The notes beneath the pieces were generated by a model. It saw only the letters and a list, made by a program, of their open reading frames with translations, did no database searches and was not told where the DNA came from. A stretch of DNA of 64,000 nt from Azolla caroliniana (taxonomy: Eukaryota; Plantae; Polypodiophyta). Made by a program: the position numbers and the translations under genes. Positions 37,201-47,424 of this stretch are shown piece by piece. Location of the stretch: positions 14,632,001 through 14,696,000 of the forward strand of contig JBHGNT010000004.1 in the NCBI GenBank assembly GCA_043228905.1, written 5' to 3'. The stretch's first letter is position 1, and every line of letters starts with the position of its first letter.

Positions 37201-37313
37201 CGGCTTTCGCCCGGAATACAACTTGTCTACCGACACCTTCTCTCTAATCTGATTCTGGATGTAGACCGTTGTTTGAATCTCTTCAGCCCAATAAAACATA
37301 GGCATGCTCTTCT

Positions 37314-37484
37314 TGTCGAATACAAGTGTATAATGGACGTACTCACACTATCCCTTCGGGCCATTTGTGTAATTAGCATAAATGGTAGTTGCCCTAAGTC
37401 GGTCACTATATATAGTGACCTTGTAACCTTCTTGTAAGGTTGGATGCTGTATTATTGTTTCTATTGAATAGAAAGTCTTTTGTG

Positions 37485-37523
<39 letters not shown>

Positions 37524-37609
37524 AACGACCTAGAAACTGTCATACGCAGGTATTCAAACACCAATCGAATGCTTCTTGATCTTCCGCATAGACGACCTCG
37601 TCTCCAACA
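37314..37609 (+). repeat. 5' LTR of the intact copia
   Basis: TGTCGAATAC...CTCCAACA, near-identical to 42493-42770. Confidence 0.96.
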
Positions 37610-37611
37610 TC

Positions 37612-37623
37612 TGGTATCAGAGC
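37612..37623 (+). promoter_or_regulatory. PBS complementary to initiator tRNA-Met
   Basis: TGGTATCAGAGC, 2 nt after the LTR. Confidence 0.95.
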
Positions 37624-38284
37624 CTGCACAGTAGTCGGTCCTTCAATCTGCTGTCGGCCGTCGTCTCAGCCTGCACAGCATTCGGTTTCCTGCGTCATTC
37701 GAAGAAGAGAGAAGAAGAAGAGAAACGAGGCTTGCATCTCATCGCGTTAGATCATCTTCGCTTGGAGTAAGCCAGCAGGTTGTACTCTGTCCCTTGTGAT
37801 CGTAACCGCTCGAGGTGAAATCCCCTTGTGCAACATTGACACGATCGTGCTCCACCCGGTTAAACGGCATCCGAAGAGGTAATCAAACGCCGCTCATTGT
37901 AACCACTCGGTGCAGATCGGTCTTAAGACAACAACCCCAAATTTGTGCTTCATCTGGCTGATCGACATTCGGGAGGATCAGTTGGATCCGTCTCTCTCGT
38001 TGCTGCAGTCAACCGAAGCAGAATCGGTCCAGATAATCGGTTTCAATAATCGGTATTCGGCATATATATCCGAAACGAACCGGGCTCACTCCGACTCGGC
38101 AACATTCGGGAAGACCAGTCGGTTCTGTCCCTCAAGCTACCGGAGTCAATTCGAGCAAGTTCCGAAGCCGAACCGACTCGGGTTCAAATCCGACTAGAAC
38201 GATATCGGGTGAGCCAACCGGCTGCACTCCAACAAGGTTCGTAGTCAACTCCGAACCGAGCTCCGTCAACCGAAACCAAATTTG

Positions 38285-41200
38285 ATGGCATCAACATCCG
38301 GCTCGTCAAAAATGAGTCTACGCAAGTTCGATGGATCGAACTTCAACTTCTGGAAGGAACAAATGCAGGACTATCTCATAGTCAAGGGGCAAATCGATCC
38401 CATCGAAAATGAAGAACCTCCAGAAGGATACAAACCAATTGAGTGGCAGAAGCTGGACAGAATCGTCCGCGCCATGATTCGGATGCACCTATCGGAATCG
38501 GTATACTTTACGGTGCAATCGTGTACGACAGCATTCGAACTGTGGAAAACACTGTCGGACACTTACGAAAAGAAGGTCGCCGCAACAAAGATGTTTCTGA
38601 TCCGGCGCCTCTACAACTTGCGGATGAAAGAATCCGACTCGGTTCAAGCACACCTCAATGAGTACGAAAGCATAAGCTCCCAAATCTCGTCACAGGGGAC
38701 GGCAATCGAGGATGAACTCAGAGCAATGATACTCATGAGTAGCCTTCCCTCATCATGGGAAACTTTCGTCACAACCGTGTGCAACGCGTCAACCACGGCT
38801 GTTAAATACTCCGAAGTCACGAGCGCAATCCTGACCGAAGCAGCTCGGAGAAAGTCTTTCGCCAAAGACTCAACAGACGACGCTTATGTAGTACAAGGTT
38901 CGACAGACCGATCGAACATACGAGGAAGAGATTCCTCACGGCCGCCGAACAATCAGCGAAGACGGAGCCAGTCACGGGATAACCGAATCTGCAACTATTG
39001 CAAGAAACCCGGACACATCAAAGCCGACTGCCGCGCACTCAAGAACAAGAACAACAAGAAGAGTGGCCGGCATGAGGAGATCAATTACGTCAGCTTCTCA
39101 GCTGATGTGCTACCAGACGACCCGAATATACTATCAATCGAAAATCCAGTCGGATCAGAAGTCCTACTCACGACTGAAGAGTCGAGCACATGGCTCTTAG
39201 ATTCGGGCGCGTCATTTCACGTGACTCCTCATCGATCCCAATTTCGGCAATATACGATCCGTCACTCCGACTCAGTTCGAGTCGGCAACTCACAACACTG
39301 TGACATCATCGGAATCGGCACAGTAGAGCTCAACCTTGCAGGTGGCTCTACACTTGTACTCCACAATGTCCGACATGTACCCGAGCTCTCAAGGCCATTG
39401 ATCTCAGTCGGACAACTAGATGAAGACGGCATTCGTGCCGGTTTTTCTTCGGGAGGGTGGACACTCCACAGGGGGAACCTCCTGCTTGCTAGAGGACCCA
39501 AGATACACTCACTGTATCCGTTACATGTTACGCTCAGAGAGGGTAACCTGTTTTTGGTGGATATTCCTGTGTCATCACTATGGCACCGAAGATTAGGACA
39601 CCTCAGCAAGGCCGGCATTACGCATCTATCTAGAGTCGGATACATCCCCAAACTCTCCTTCTCCGACCATCAATTCTGCGAGCATTGCCAGTATGGCAAA
39701 CAAGCAGCCGCATCACACCCGACATCAGCACCAAGAGAAACGAGACCTCTTGATTTGGTCCACTCGGACGTCTGTGGCCCAATGCCGCATCAGTCTCTCG
39801 GCGGTGCCACTTACTTCGTCACTTTTATTGACGATTCAACTCGAAAGGTGTGGGCTTATCCGATTCGCACCAAAGATCGGGTCTTCTCGATCTTCTCAGA
39901 TTGGCTCGCTATGGTAGAAAATCAAACCGACCGAAAACTGAAATGCTTTCGGACCGACAATGGGGGAGAGTTCAAATCCGAAGAATTCGTCAAATTCTGC
40001 CGACAACGCGGCATCCGACGTGAGTTTACGGCACCACACAGTCCGGAGCAAAACGGGATTGCAGAGCGAATGAATCGGACAATCCAAGAACGGATAGTTT
40101 CCATGCTCCAACACTCCGGACTGTCGGATGGCTTCTGGGCAGAGGCTCTACTCACGGCAGTACACATAATCAATATGTCGCCAAGTAGACCTCTAGGACT
40201 TCAAATTCCTCAGGAACTATGGATCGGCAGTAAGCCGAATTACGACAAGCTGAGGATCTTCGGATGCGAGGCGTACGCCCTTATTCCGAAAGATGATCGC
40301 CGAAAACTTGCACCTCGGTCCAGGAAATGCATTTTCCTCGGATATGGATCCGACGGCGAAATGGGATACCGACTCTGGGATCCCGAACGCAGACAAATCG
40401 TCCGAAGTTCGGACGTTGTGTTCAACGAGTCGGCTATGAATCCATCAGTCAAAAAACCGATCGAAGTCCGAAGGGTAACATTTTCCGATGTGCCGACCCT
40501 TCAAGAAGGCCCCGCTCTCAACACACGGTCAGCTTCACGGGTAGCTGAACCTTACACTACCGACTCGGACAACTCCGACTCGGCACAGCAGAACAATCCG
40601 CTTTCGGACCATCCGACCTCGATACCCGATGCGACCAGTCCAATCATACCTCGACGATCCGAGAGACTGTCGCAACCTCCGGAGAGGTATTCTCCTGGAA
40701 TTTTCTTCACCGACGCCGGCGAACCGACGTCTTACGAAGAAGCATCGACATCTGTCGATTCCGCCACCTGGCATCTGGCGATGGAGTCGGAAATGCACTC
40801 CATTCGGGCAAACAAGACTTGGGATCTGGTCGAATTACCTAAGAACCGACGTGCTCTTCCTTGCAAGTGGGTTTATCAACTAAAAGAGACGTCTGATTCG
40901 ACCACCCCAAAGTACAAGGCCAGATTAGTTGCGAAGGGCTTCCGACAAGAATATGGCGTCGACTTCGACGAGATTTTTTCACCAGTGGTGAAAATGACAA
41001 CCCTTCGTTTTCTACTCGGCGTAGTGGCAGCCGACAACTTGGAGCTGATTCAGCTAGATGTCAAAACAGCCTTCCTCCATGGTGATCTCGAGGAGGAAAT
41101 TTATATGGAGCAGCCAAAAGGCTTCGTGGCAACTGGCCAAGAACATCTAGTCTGCCGACTCAGGAAGAGTCTATACGGCCTCAAACAGGCACCACGACAA

Positions 41201-42298
41201 TGGTACAAGAAGTTCGACGACTTCATCCAATCGATCGGCTTCTCCAAAAGCGATGAGGACCATTGTCTCTTCACCAACACAGCTCAAGATGGATCACCCA
41301 TCTTCCTCATCATTTACGTGGACGACATGCTAATTTCTGGACGCCACGCGGGCGAACTTGCCGATCTCATTCGGCAACTGCGGTTGAAGTTTGCCATGAA
41401 GGACCTCGGTCCGGCACGACACATACTCGGCATGAAGATTAGTCGGCATCGCGATAAACGACATCTTTTTTTGTCTCAGACCGACTATATCCGACGTGTC
41501 TTGGAACGCTTCAACATGCAATCAGCCAAATCTGCTTCAACCCCGCTCCCAATGAATCTTCGGCTCTCTCAGCGAGACTGCCCGACATCCGGCCCGGAGG
41601 GGGAAGATATGAAGTCGGTACCGTATGCACCGGCAGTCGGCTCCCTTATGTACCTGATGGTCGCGACACGGCCTGATATTTCTCATGCCGTAGGAGTCGT
41701 TAGCAGATTTATGCACAATCCTGGCCGATCGCATTGGAACGCAGTCAAGCATGTGTTCAGATATCTGGCTGGCACAAAAGACCATGGCATTCTTTTCGGT
41801 CCGAACCGAACCTCAGGCGTAGTCGGTTACACCGACTCGGACTTCGCCGGCTGTATAGACAGTCGGAAATCAACAACCGGATACTGCTTCAAATTCGGCA
41901 ATGGAGCAATTTCGTGGAAGTCGAAACTTCAGGAGTGCACAGCGACCTCAACGACCGAAGCAAAATATGTAGCTGCGTCCGACGCAGCAAAAGAAGCCTT
42001 ATGGCTCGGTCGGCTGGCGCACACGTTTCGGCAAGTCGATCATGACTCGGCCCCAGTTGTCTATAGCGACAGTCAAGGTGCTGTTGCCTTGTCGAAAAAT
42101 CCGGTTCACCACAACGCCTCCAAACATATCGACGTTCGATATCACTTCGTTCGGGACTGCGTCATCTCAGGGAAAATCGGTCTAGAGAAAATATCCACAA
42201 CCGACAATGTCGCAGATGGAATGACCAAGTGTCTTTCGGCAGACCGCTTTCGGTCTCTTCGGCATCAGATGGGCGTAACGACAAACCAGTCCGGTTAG
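38285..42298 (+). CDS. Ty1/copia gag-pol polyprotein (Gag, CCHC, protease, GAG-pre-integrase, integrase, RT, RNase H), Tnt1/Tork-like
   Basis: Uninterrupted frame from ATG 38285: [97 protein letters not shown]. Confidence 0.97.
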   Translation: MASTSGSSKMSLRKFDGSNFNFWKEQMQDYLIVKGQIDPIENEEPPEGYKPIEWQKLDRIVRAMIRMHLSESVYFTVQSCTTAFELWKTLSDTYEKKVAATKMFLIRRLYNLRMKESDSVQAHLNEYESISSQISSQGTAIEDELRAMILMSSLPSSWETFVTTVCNASTTAVKYSEVTSAILTEAARRKSFAKDSTDDAYVVQGSTDRSNIRGRDSSRPPNNQRRRSQSRDNRICNYCKKPGHIKADCRALKNKNNKKSGRHEEINYVSFSADVLPDDPNILSIENPVGSEVLLTTEESSTWLLDSGASFHVTPHRSQFRQYTIRHSDSVRVGNSQHCDIIGIGTVELNLAGGSTLVLHNVRHVPELSRPLISVGQLDEDGIRAGFSSGGWTLHRGNLLLARGPKIHSLYPLHVTLREGNLFLVDIPVSSLWHRRLGHLSKAGITHLSRVGYIPKLSFSDHQFCEHCQYGKQAAASHPTSAPRETRPLDLVHSDVCGPMPHQSLGGATYFVTFIDDSTRKVWAYPIRTKDRVFSIFSDWLAMVENQTDRKLKCFRTDNGGEFKSEEFVKFCRQRGIRREFTAPHSPEQNGIAERMNRTIQERIVSMLQHSGLSDGFWAEALLTAVHIINMSPSRPLGLQIPQELWIGSKPNYDKLRIFGCEAYALIPKDDRRKLAPRSRKCIFLGYGSDGEMGYRLWDPERRQIVRSSDVVFNESAMNPSVKKPIEVRRVTFSDVPTLQEGPALNTRSASRVAEPYTTDSDNSDSAQQNNPLSDHPTSIPDATSPIIPRRSERLSQPPERYSPGIFFTDAGEPTSYEEASTSVDSATWHLAMESEMHSIRANKTWDLVELPKNRRALPCKWVYQLKETSDSTTPKYKARLVAKGFRQEYGVDFDEIFSPVVKMTTLRFLLGVVAADNLELIQLDVKTAFLHGDLEEEIYMEQPKGFVATGQEHLVCRLRKSLYGLKQAPRQWYKKFDDFIQSIGFSKSDEDHCLFTNTAQDGSPIFLIIYVDDMLISGRHAGELADLIRQLRLKFAMKDLGPARHILGMKISRHRDKRHLFLSQTDYIRRVLERFNMQSAKSASTPLPMNLRLSQRDCPTSGPEGEDMKSVPYAPAVGSLMYLMVATRPDISHAVGVVSRFMHNPGRSHWNAVKHVFRYLAGTKDHGILFGPNRTSGVVGYTDSDFAGCIDSRKSTTGYCFKFGNGAISWKSKLQECTATSTTEAKYVAASDAAKEALWLGRLAHTFRQVDHDSAPVVYSDSQGAVALSKNPVHHNASKHIDVRYHFVRDCVISGKIGLEKISTTDNVADGMTKCLSADRFRSLRHQMGVTTNQSG

Positions 42299-42492
42299 AG
42301 CCGGACACAGCGCAGGATGGTTTCCGACAACCGACATCAGTTCCTTAATGATCGGCTTCAACTCTTCCGACCCGACCAGTTCGGTCTTCTGCCTTTGGAC
42401 CCTGCCGACTCGAACAAAAACTGATATGTCCGAGAACCTAAGTTTATACCTGTAATCTTAGATAACCCATGTATACGCCCATTACGGGGGAG

Positions 42493-42663
42493 TGTCGAAT
42501 ACAAGTGTATAATGGACGTACTCACACTATCCCTTCGGGCCATTTGTGTAATTAGCATAAATGGTAGTTGCCCTAAGTCGGTCACTATATATAGTGACCT
42601 TGTAACCTTCTTGTAAGGTTGGATGTTGTATTATTGTTTCTATTGAATAGAAAGTCTTTTGTG

Positions 42664-42700
<37 letters not shown>

Positions 42701-42770
42701 AACGACCTAGAAACTGTCATACGCATCGAATGCTTCTTGATCTTCCGCATAGACGACCTCGTCTCCAACA
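42493..42770 (+). repeat. 3' LTR of the intact copia
   Basis: Follows the PPT and is followed by TSD CTTCT. Confidence 0.96.
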
Positions 42771-44602
42771 CTTCTCTTCTACCATTGCATGTGTCGCTTC
42801 CACAACCGACCGGCTCTTCCTTTCGGCTACACCATTCTGTTCCGGCGTATATCTGCAGCTGAATTCATGCCGAATTCCCATTTGCTGAAGATAACAATTG
42901 AACTAGCCGGAAAAGTATTATTTTCCACCATCCAACCGCAAACACTTGATCTTCCTCTATGTTTCCCTATCGACAAGACTCTTTAGGTTCCGGAAATAGT
43001 CAAAGAATTTTATTTTCTTCTCTGTGAGATAGATCTAGGTGTGCCAGCTATAGTCGTCGATGAAGGAGGCGAAGTAACGACTCCCGCCTAAGCTCACATT
43101 CTGTGTTGGTTCCCAGACATCCGAATGTATCAAGTCGAGCTTGTTCCAGCTCTAATTTCACTTGTTAGGGAATGGAAGTCGGTGTTGCTTACCTAGCTGG
43201 CAGGCTTCACTGATTTGGGCCTTTTGGCAAATCAAACACAACTTGTTTCATTTGCAGTTCTTGAAGCCTCTAATAGTTGATGTGGCCGATCCACTTATGT
43301 TAGAGGTTGAAGTCTGATTCGACCTTCTGTCCTTTAACAAACAGTGCGGTGCCGACGTCTTTTGTATCGAGGATGAACATCCTCCCTTCCTGGTGCCCTT
43401 GCGCAATGATCTGACCCTCTTCTTCGATGAAGCACCCGAGATGGGTGAATCGGACCTGCATCCCTTGGTCGACGATCTGTCTGACTGACACCAAGTCTTT
43501 AGTTATCGTCGGGACATGCAGTACGTTCATAAGTCTCCCCTTCCGTCTGACATGACTTAGGGGGATTTTGCCGACATGTTCGATCGGATGCACGGCATCA
43601 CCAGTTTCAACGACTCCCAATTGTTCTGGTTTCTCTAGATATGAGAACCACTCTTCGTGGCTCGTCATATGATTAGACGCTCCAGAGTCAACATATCACC
43701 CCTCGTTCGGTTTGAAGGTGCTCTTCTTCATCGAATTTTCCTTGTGCTTCATCACAAAGGTTGGGCCCATTCCAGTTTTAGGTCCTTCCGACCCTTCGGC
43801 GTAGAGAGATCGTTGCCGACTTCCTTGTTCTACTTTGCTGGATTCAGATTTTTTTGAATCGGCGCGCTTCTTTCAGCACTCGCTTTCTTCGTGACTCTTC
43901 TAGCCAGAATACCAACATTCCGTTTCGGCTTTCCCTTGCGGCTCTCGGCGCCGCCTTGACTCCCCCTACTCGTGGAGGGTCCAAAATTGTTGTCAGCATG
44001 TTGATTATGGCTTTGATTCTACTCTTGTCGGTTGCCTCCATTGCGTGTCGATCCACGTCATCCTCCACGCCTAAAGGGCCAATCTGCCTCCATGTACAAC
44101 ATCTGATTGTCGAATTATGTGCTCCTTAATGCACCCACGTGGTTTTCTTCAACCAAAAGTATTGATTGTAAGTTAAGAATGACAGTGGCTTTCTCTATGT
44201 GCAAATAACCATCCGAATCGGTCCGTACCCCTGTGCTAGACCACTAGCCCTCCTTCGGTGTTTTTGCATCTCGAATGTAGCCCATGCACATAGGATGCAA
44301 GGCAATAGAGAATTATGCTCTCTCCTTGTTCCCAAGCCGGGAAGTCCTTGTGTGCCAAATCCGGCACTACTTCGTTCACTCCTTCCACATAACTCCGGTA
44401 TCCGTCTCCAAGAAGATTTCGGTGCATCTTGTAAGACCAGGATGCATAGTTGCTCCGATTGAGCTTCTCCATCGGAAGTGAGCTTGCCATTCCTCTGACC
44501 ATTTGTTTTCTTCTTTTCTGTTCTCAACCGGGTGTTAGGGTTTGTCTATGTTTGAGTGTTTGTCGACAGCAGAGGATTCTCAACCCTCACGCTCTGATAC
44601 CA

Positions 44603-44977
44603 TGAAAAGAGTAGTGTGCGGAAGCTACATAGACAGTACCGGCTCAGCTAGACAACAACAAAGAATAGTAAATTGTGAGAGAGAGTGTGTGTGTGTGTGT
44701 GCGTACATGGGAGGGATAGAGAGAGCAGAACACAAAAACTCTATTTCAAAAATAATACTCTGTCTATACATACAAGTCTGCTCTGTGAGCACTTTTATAC
44801 AACTCCTTAAAAGAACTGACAGAAGTATTGACATGTACTTCAATGCTCATAACTGAGTGACAGACACTAACTACTAAAAATATGACTATCTACTAGGCTA
44901 GGATCGTGGGCCTCCAACGGCCTACCGACTCTCGGCTTGTTTAGCAGATCCGGCCCATGTTGAGCTTACTTCTCAAC
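44603..44977 (-). repeat. 5' LTR of the family-B copia at 17753-44977
   Basis: Adjacent to Met PBS 44591-44602 and collinear with the three 3' LTR pieces. Confidence 0.85.
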
Positions 44978-45071
44978 TATGCGTAGATAATCGTTTGTAT
45001 AAGTAAAACATATAAATTTAATATTGATGAAGTGTTAGTACAATGGTAAGGCATGAATTTGTTAACATGGA

Positions 45072-45818
45072 CGTACAAGGTTCAAATCTTGCCCTATGCA
45101 TGTAACATAATTATTTTAGTATTTTCTCCTATTTCTTCATCCGTATTCGTTCGGGTACTCCATATGTATTTCACATAGTGTACGAAGTATACTACAACAC
45201 TTACCCCCTCCGAACTTGCACATCCTCCGGTATGTGCCGAAGTTGCGGGTATTTGTTACTCACTTTCTTCGCTTTCTACACCTTCGTGATCCATGTCCGA
45301 TTATTCCTCTATGTTGGTTTTATCAAAAGTTACGTAAGGTTCAGCGTCACTTTGCTTCTTGAAAATCTTCACCTGCTTCCCCGCTATAGGCACCCGTAGT
45401 ATTGTTCCATCCAACTCGAATAGTCAGTAAGTTCCATTATTGAACCGTACAAGGTACGAATCTTGCCCTATGCATGTAACATAATTATTTTAGTATTTTC
45501 TCCAATTTCTTCATCTGTATTCGTTCGGGTACTCCATATGTATTTCACATAGTGTACGAAGTATACTACAACACTTACCCCCTCCGAACTTGCACATCCT
45601 CCGGTATGTGCCGAAGTTGCGGGTATTTGTTACTCACTTTCTTCGCTTTCTACACCTTCGTGATCCATGTCCGATTATTCCTCTATGTTGGTTTTATCAA
45701 AAGTTACGTAAGGTTCAGCGTCACTTTGCTTCTTGAAAATCTTCACCTGCTTCCCCGCTATAGGCACCCGTAGTATTGTTCCATCCAACTCGAATAGTCA
45801 GTAAGTTCCATTATTGAA
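45072..45818. repeat. 374-bp near-perfect tandem duplication spanning a gypsy LTR/PPT/integrase end
   Basis: Identical ORFs at 45178 and 45552 (offset 374). Only a few substitutions are visible between units. Confidence 0.92.
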
Positions 45819-46805
45819 TACCTTTTGAACTTCATATGGTCCGAACCACGTTTTATCGAATTTTCGTATCGAACTATGTTGATGATCCAAACTGCTGTCA
45901 TAGACTATCACCCAATCCCCTTCTTCGATCTTTTGTGGTTGTAGACAGTGCTTTTTATCAAATCAGTGTTTGCTCCAGAATCGCTCTCCTTGATGTCAGC
46001 GTACCGCTTCCGCAACATCCTCTAGTCTTCCTTCTAGTTGTCGTATACGGACCACTAGTAGTGTTGCGAATTTGTCTCTCCAGTGGGAAGAAGATCCGAC
46101 TGTTCGGAAAGGCTGACAGTCGGAAAAACAGGAGCCGAGTTGATGAGGGACTTGGCCGAGGCCGATAGAACAAGGCCGAAACCGGAATTGTGTAAATAGC
46201 CAACTTGGGAGACTATACTTGTAAATAGTCTAAGTGTGCGCCCCATGAGGGCTACGTATGTAAATAACCAGAAAGTTGTGTAAGTATATATGAAACTAGG
46301 GCAAACTTTTGGAGAGAGAACAGTGTGTACAGAAGTTGTAGTGCGCAAGAGAACGTGAGAGAGTGTGAGAGAGAAGAAGGTAGAGTCGCGCCACAGCTGT
46401 GTGCGTAACAGCAGACGCGAAGAGCCCTGTGTGGCCGATACACTCGTAAGAGTGTTGTATTCCTCTCAGTGTTGTATATCCACTATTTGTATAGTGAAGA
46501 TTTGTTCACCCGTGGTTTTCTCTCGTTTTAGGGTTTCCACGTAAATCTCTGTGCACTCTTGTTTATCTTGTCTTTTTCTGGCATTTTTTGTGATTCGTAT
46601 TTAGCATTGTCTGTTCATTCTGATTTAATTCCACAACGATTTCTCGACAAGTAGTTCCTCCCGACTCATCGCTTCCTTCCGTGGTAGCATTGTCCATGTC
46701 GCAATTGCGGTTTCCGTAGGCATTATTGGAGCTTGTCCGGTTATAAGTTCCGTTGGCATATAACCGGTCACGGAACTATGCGTTGTGCGATCCGCCCATA
46801 GGGCA
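45720..46805 (-). pseudogene. Non-chromoviral gypsy integrase C-terminal fragment, split by a solo LTR
   Basis: Hand translation gives ALWADRTTHSSVTGYMP..., GDWVIVYDSSLD..WFGPYEV.KVFNNGTY..ELDGT..PIAGKQVKIF. Confidence 0.8.
46062..46649 (+). repeat. Solo LTR (copia, related to the LTR at 885-1442)
   Basis: TGTTGC...CTCGACA with TSD AGTAG on both sides. Confidence 0.9.
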
Positions 46806-47424
46806 TTTGTTATGGATTATGTTCATAGTTGTGATACATGTTGCCGATCAAAAAAGCCTCGACATCATCCATATGGCTTATTACAGCCAATGCCTATTCC
46901 CGAGAGCCCATGGAAATCTATTTCCTTAGACTTTATTACGGCTCTTCCACCTTCCAAGGGTTTTGATTCTATTCTCACGGTAGTAGATCATTTTACAAAG
47001 ATGGAGCATTTACTTCCATGCACAAAGATTATTACTAGCCAAGAGACAACCGATTTACTCATGCGGGAGGTGTTTCGCCATCACTGTCTTCCAAACGATA
47101 TTATCAATGATCGGGGTTCCCAATTCATCTCAAAATTTTGGTGGCACATGTTCAAACTCTTACATACTTCTTGTAAACTCTCTTCTAGCTATCATCCAGA
47201 GACTAATGGGCAGAGTGAATGCACCAACCAAACAATCCAACAATATCTTCGTTGTTTTGTCAACTATCAACAAGATGATTGGGTTGATCTATTACATTTG
47301 GCGGAATTTTCTTACAACAACTCCGAACATTCTTCTCCTGGATATTCCCTATTTTTTGCGAACATTGGGTATCATCCTCGTTGGGCAATGCTTGAACATC
47401 CCGAACTTCCAACAAACCTAGTTG

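Larger units (their letters stand above)
37314..42770 (+). mobile_element. Young, structurally intact Ty1/copia LTR retrotransposon
   Basis: LTRs at 37314-37609 and 42493-42770, TSD CTTCT, Met PBS at 37612-37623, PPT gggggag at 42486-42492, single long ORF. Confidence 0.98.
17753..44977 (-). mobile_element. Degraded copia family-B element hosting several insertions
   Basis: 3' LTR in three pieces (17753-17925, 32611-32672, 34311-34544) matching the 5' LTR at 44603-44977. PPT at 34545-34556 and Met PBS at 44591-44602. Pol fragments at 34809-37313 and 42776-44502. Confidence 0.85.
17314..45199 (-). repeat. Split 3' LTR of a non-chromoviral gypsy (pieces about 17314-17752 and 44978-45199), pushed apart by nested insertions
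   Basis: Right piece ends ...ctacaaca next to a PPT (45200-45212, minus strand). Left piece is LTR-like non-coding sequence cut exactly at the family-B LTR start. The left boundary and the joining of the two pieces are inferred. Confidence 0.55.

Noticed and set aside
45178-45773. Two identical 73-aa ORFs as duplicated small genes
   Set aside because: They are a by-product of the 374-bp tandem duplication and lie antisense to the gypsy integrase end.
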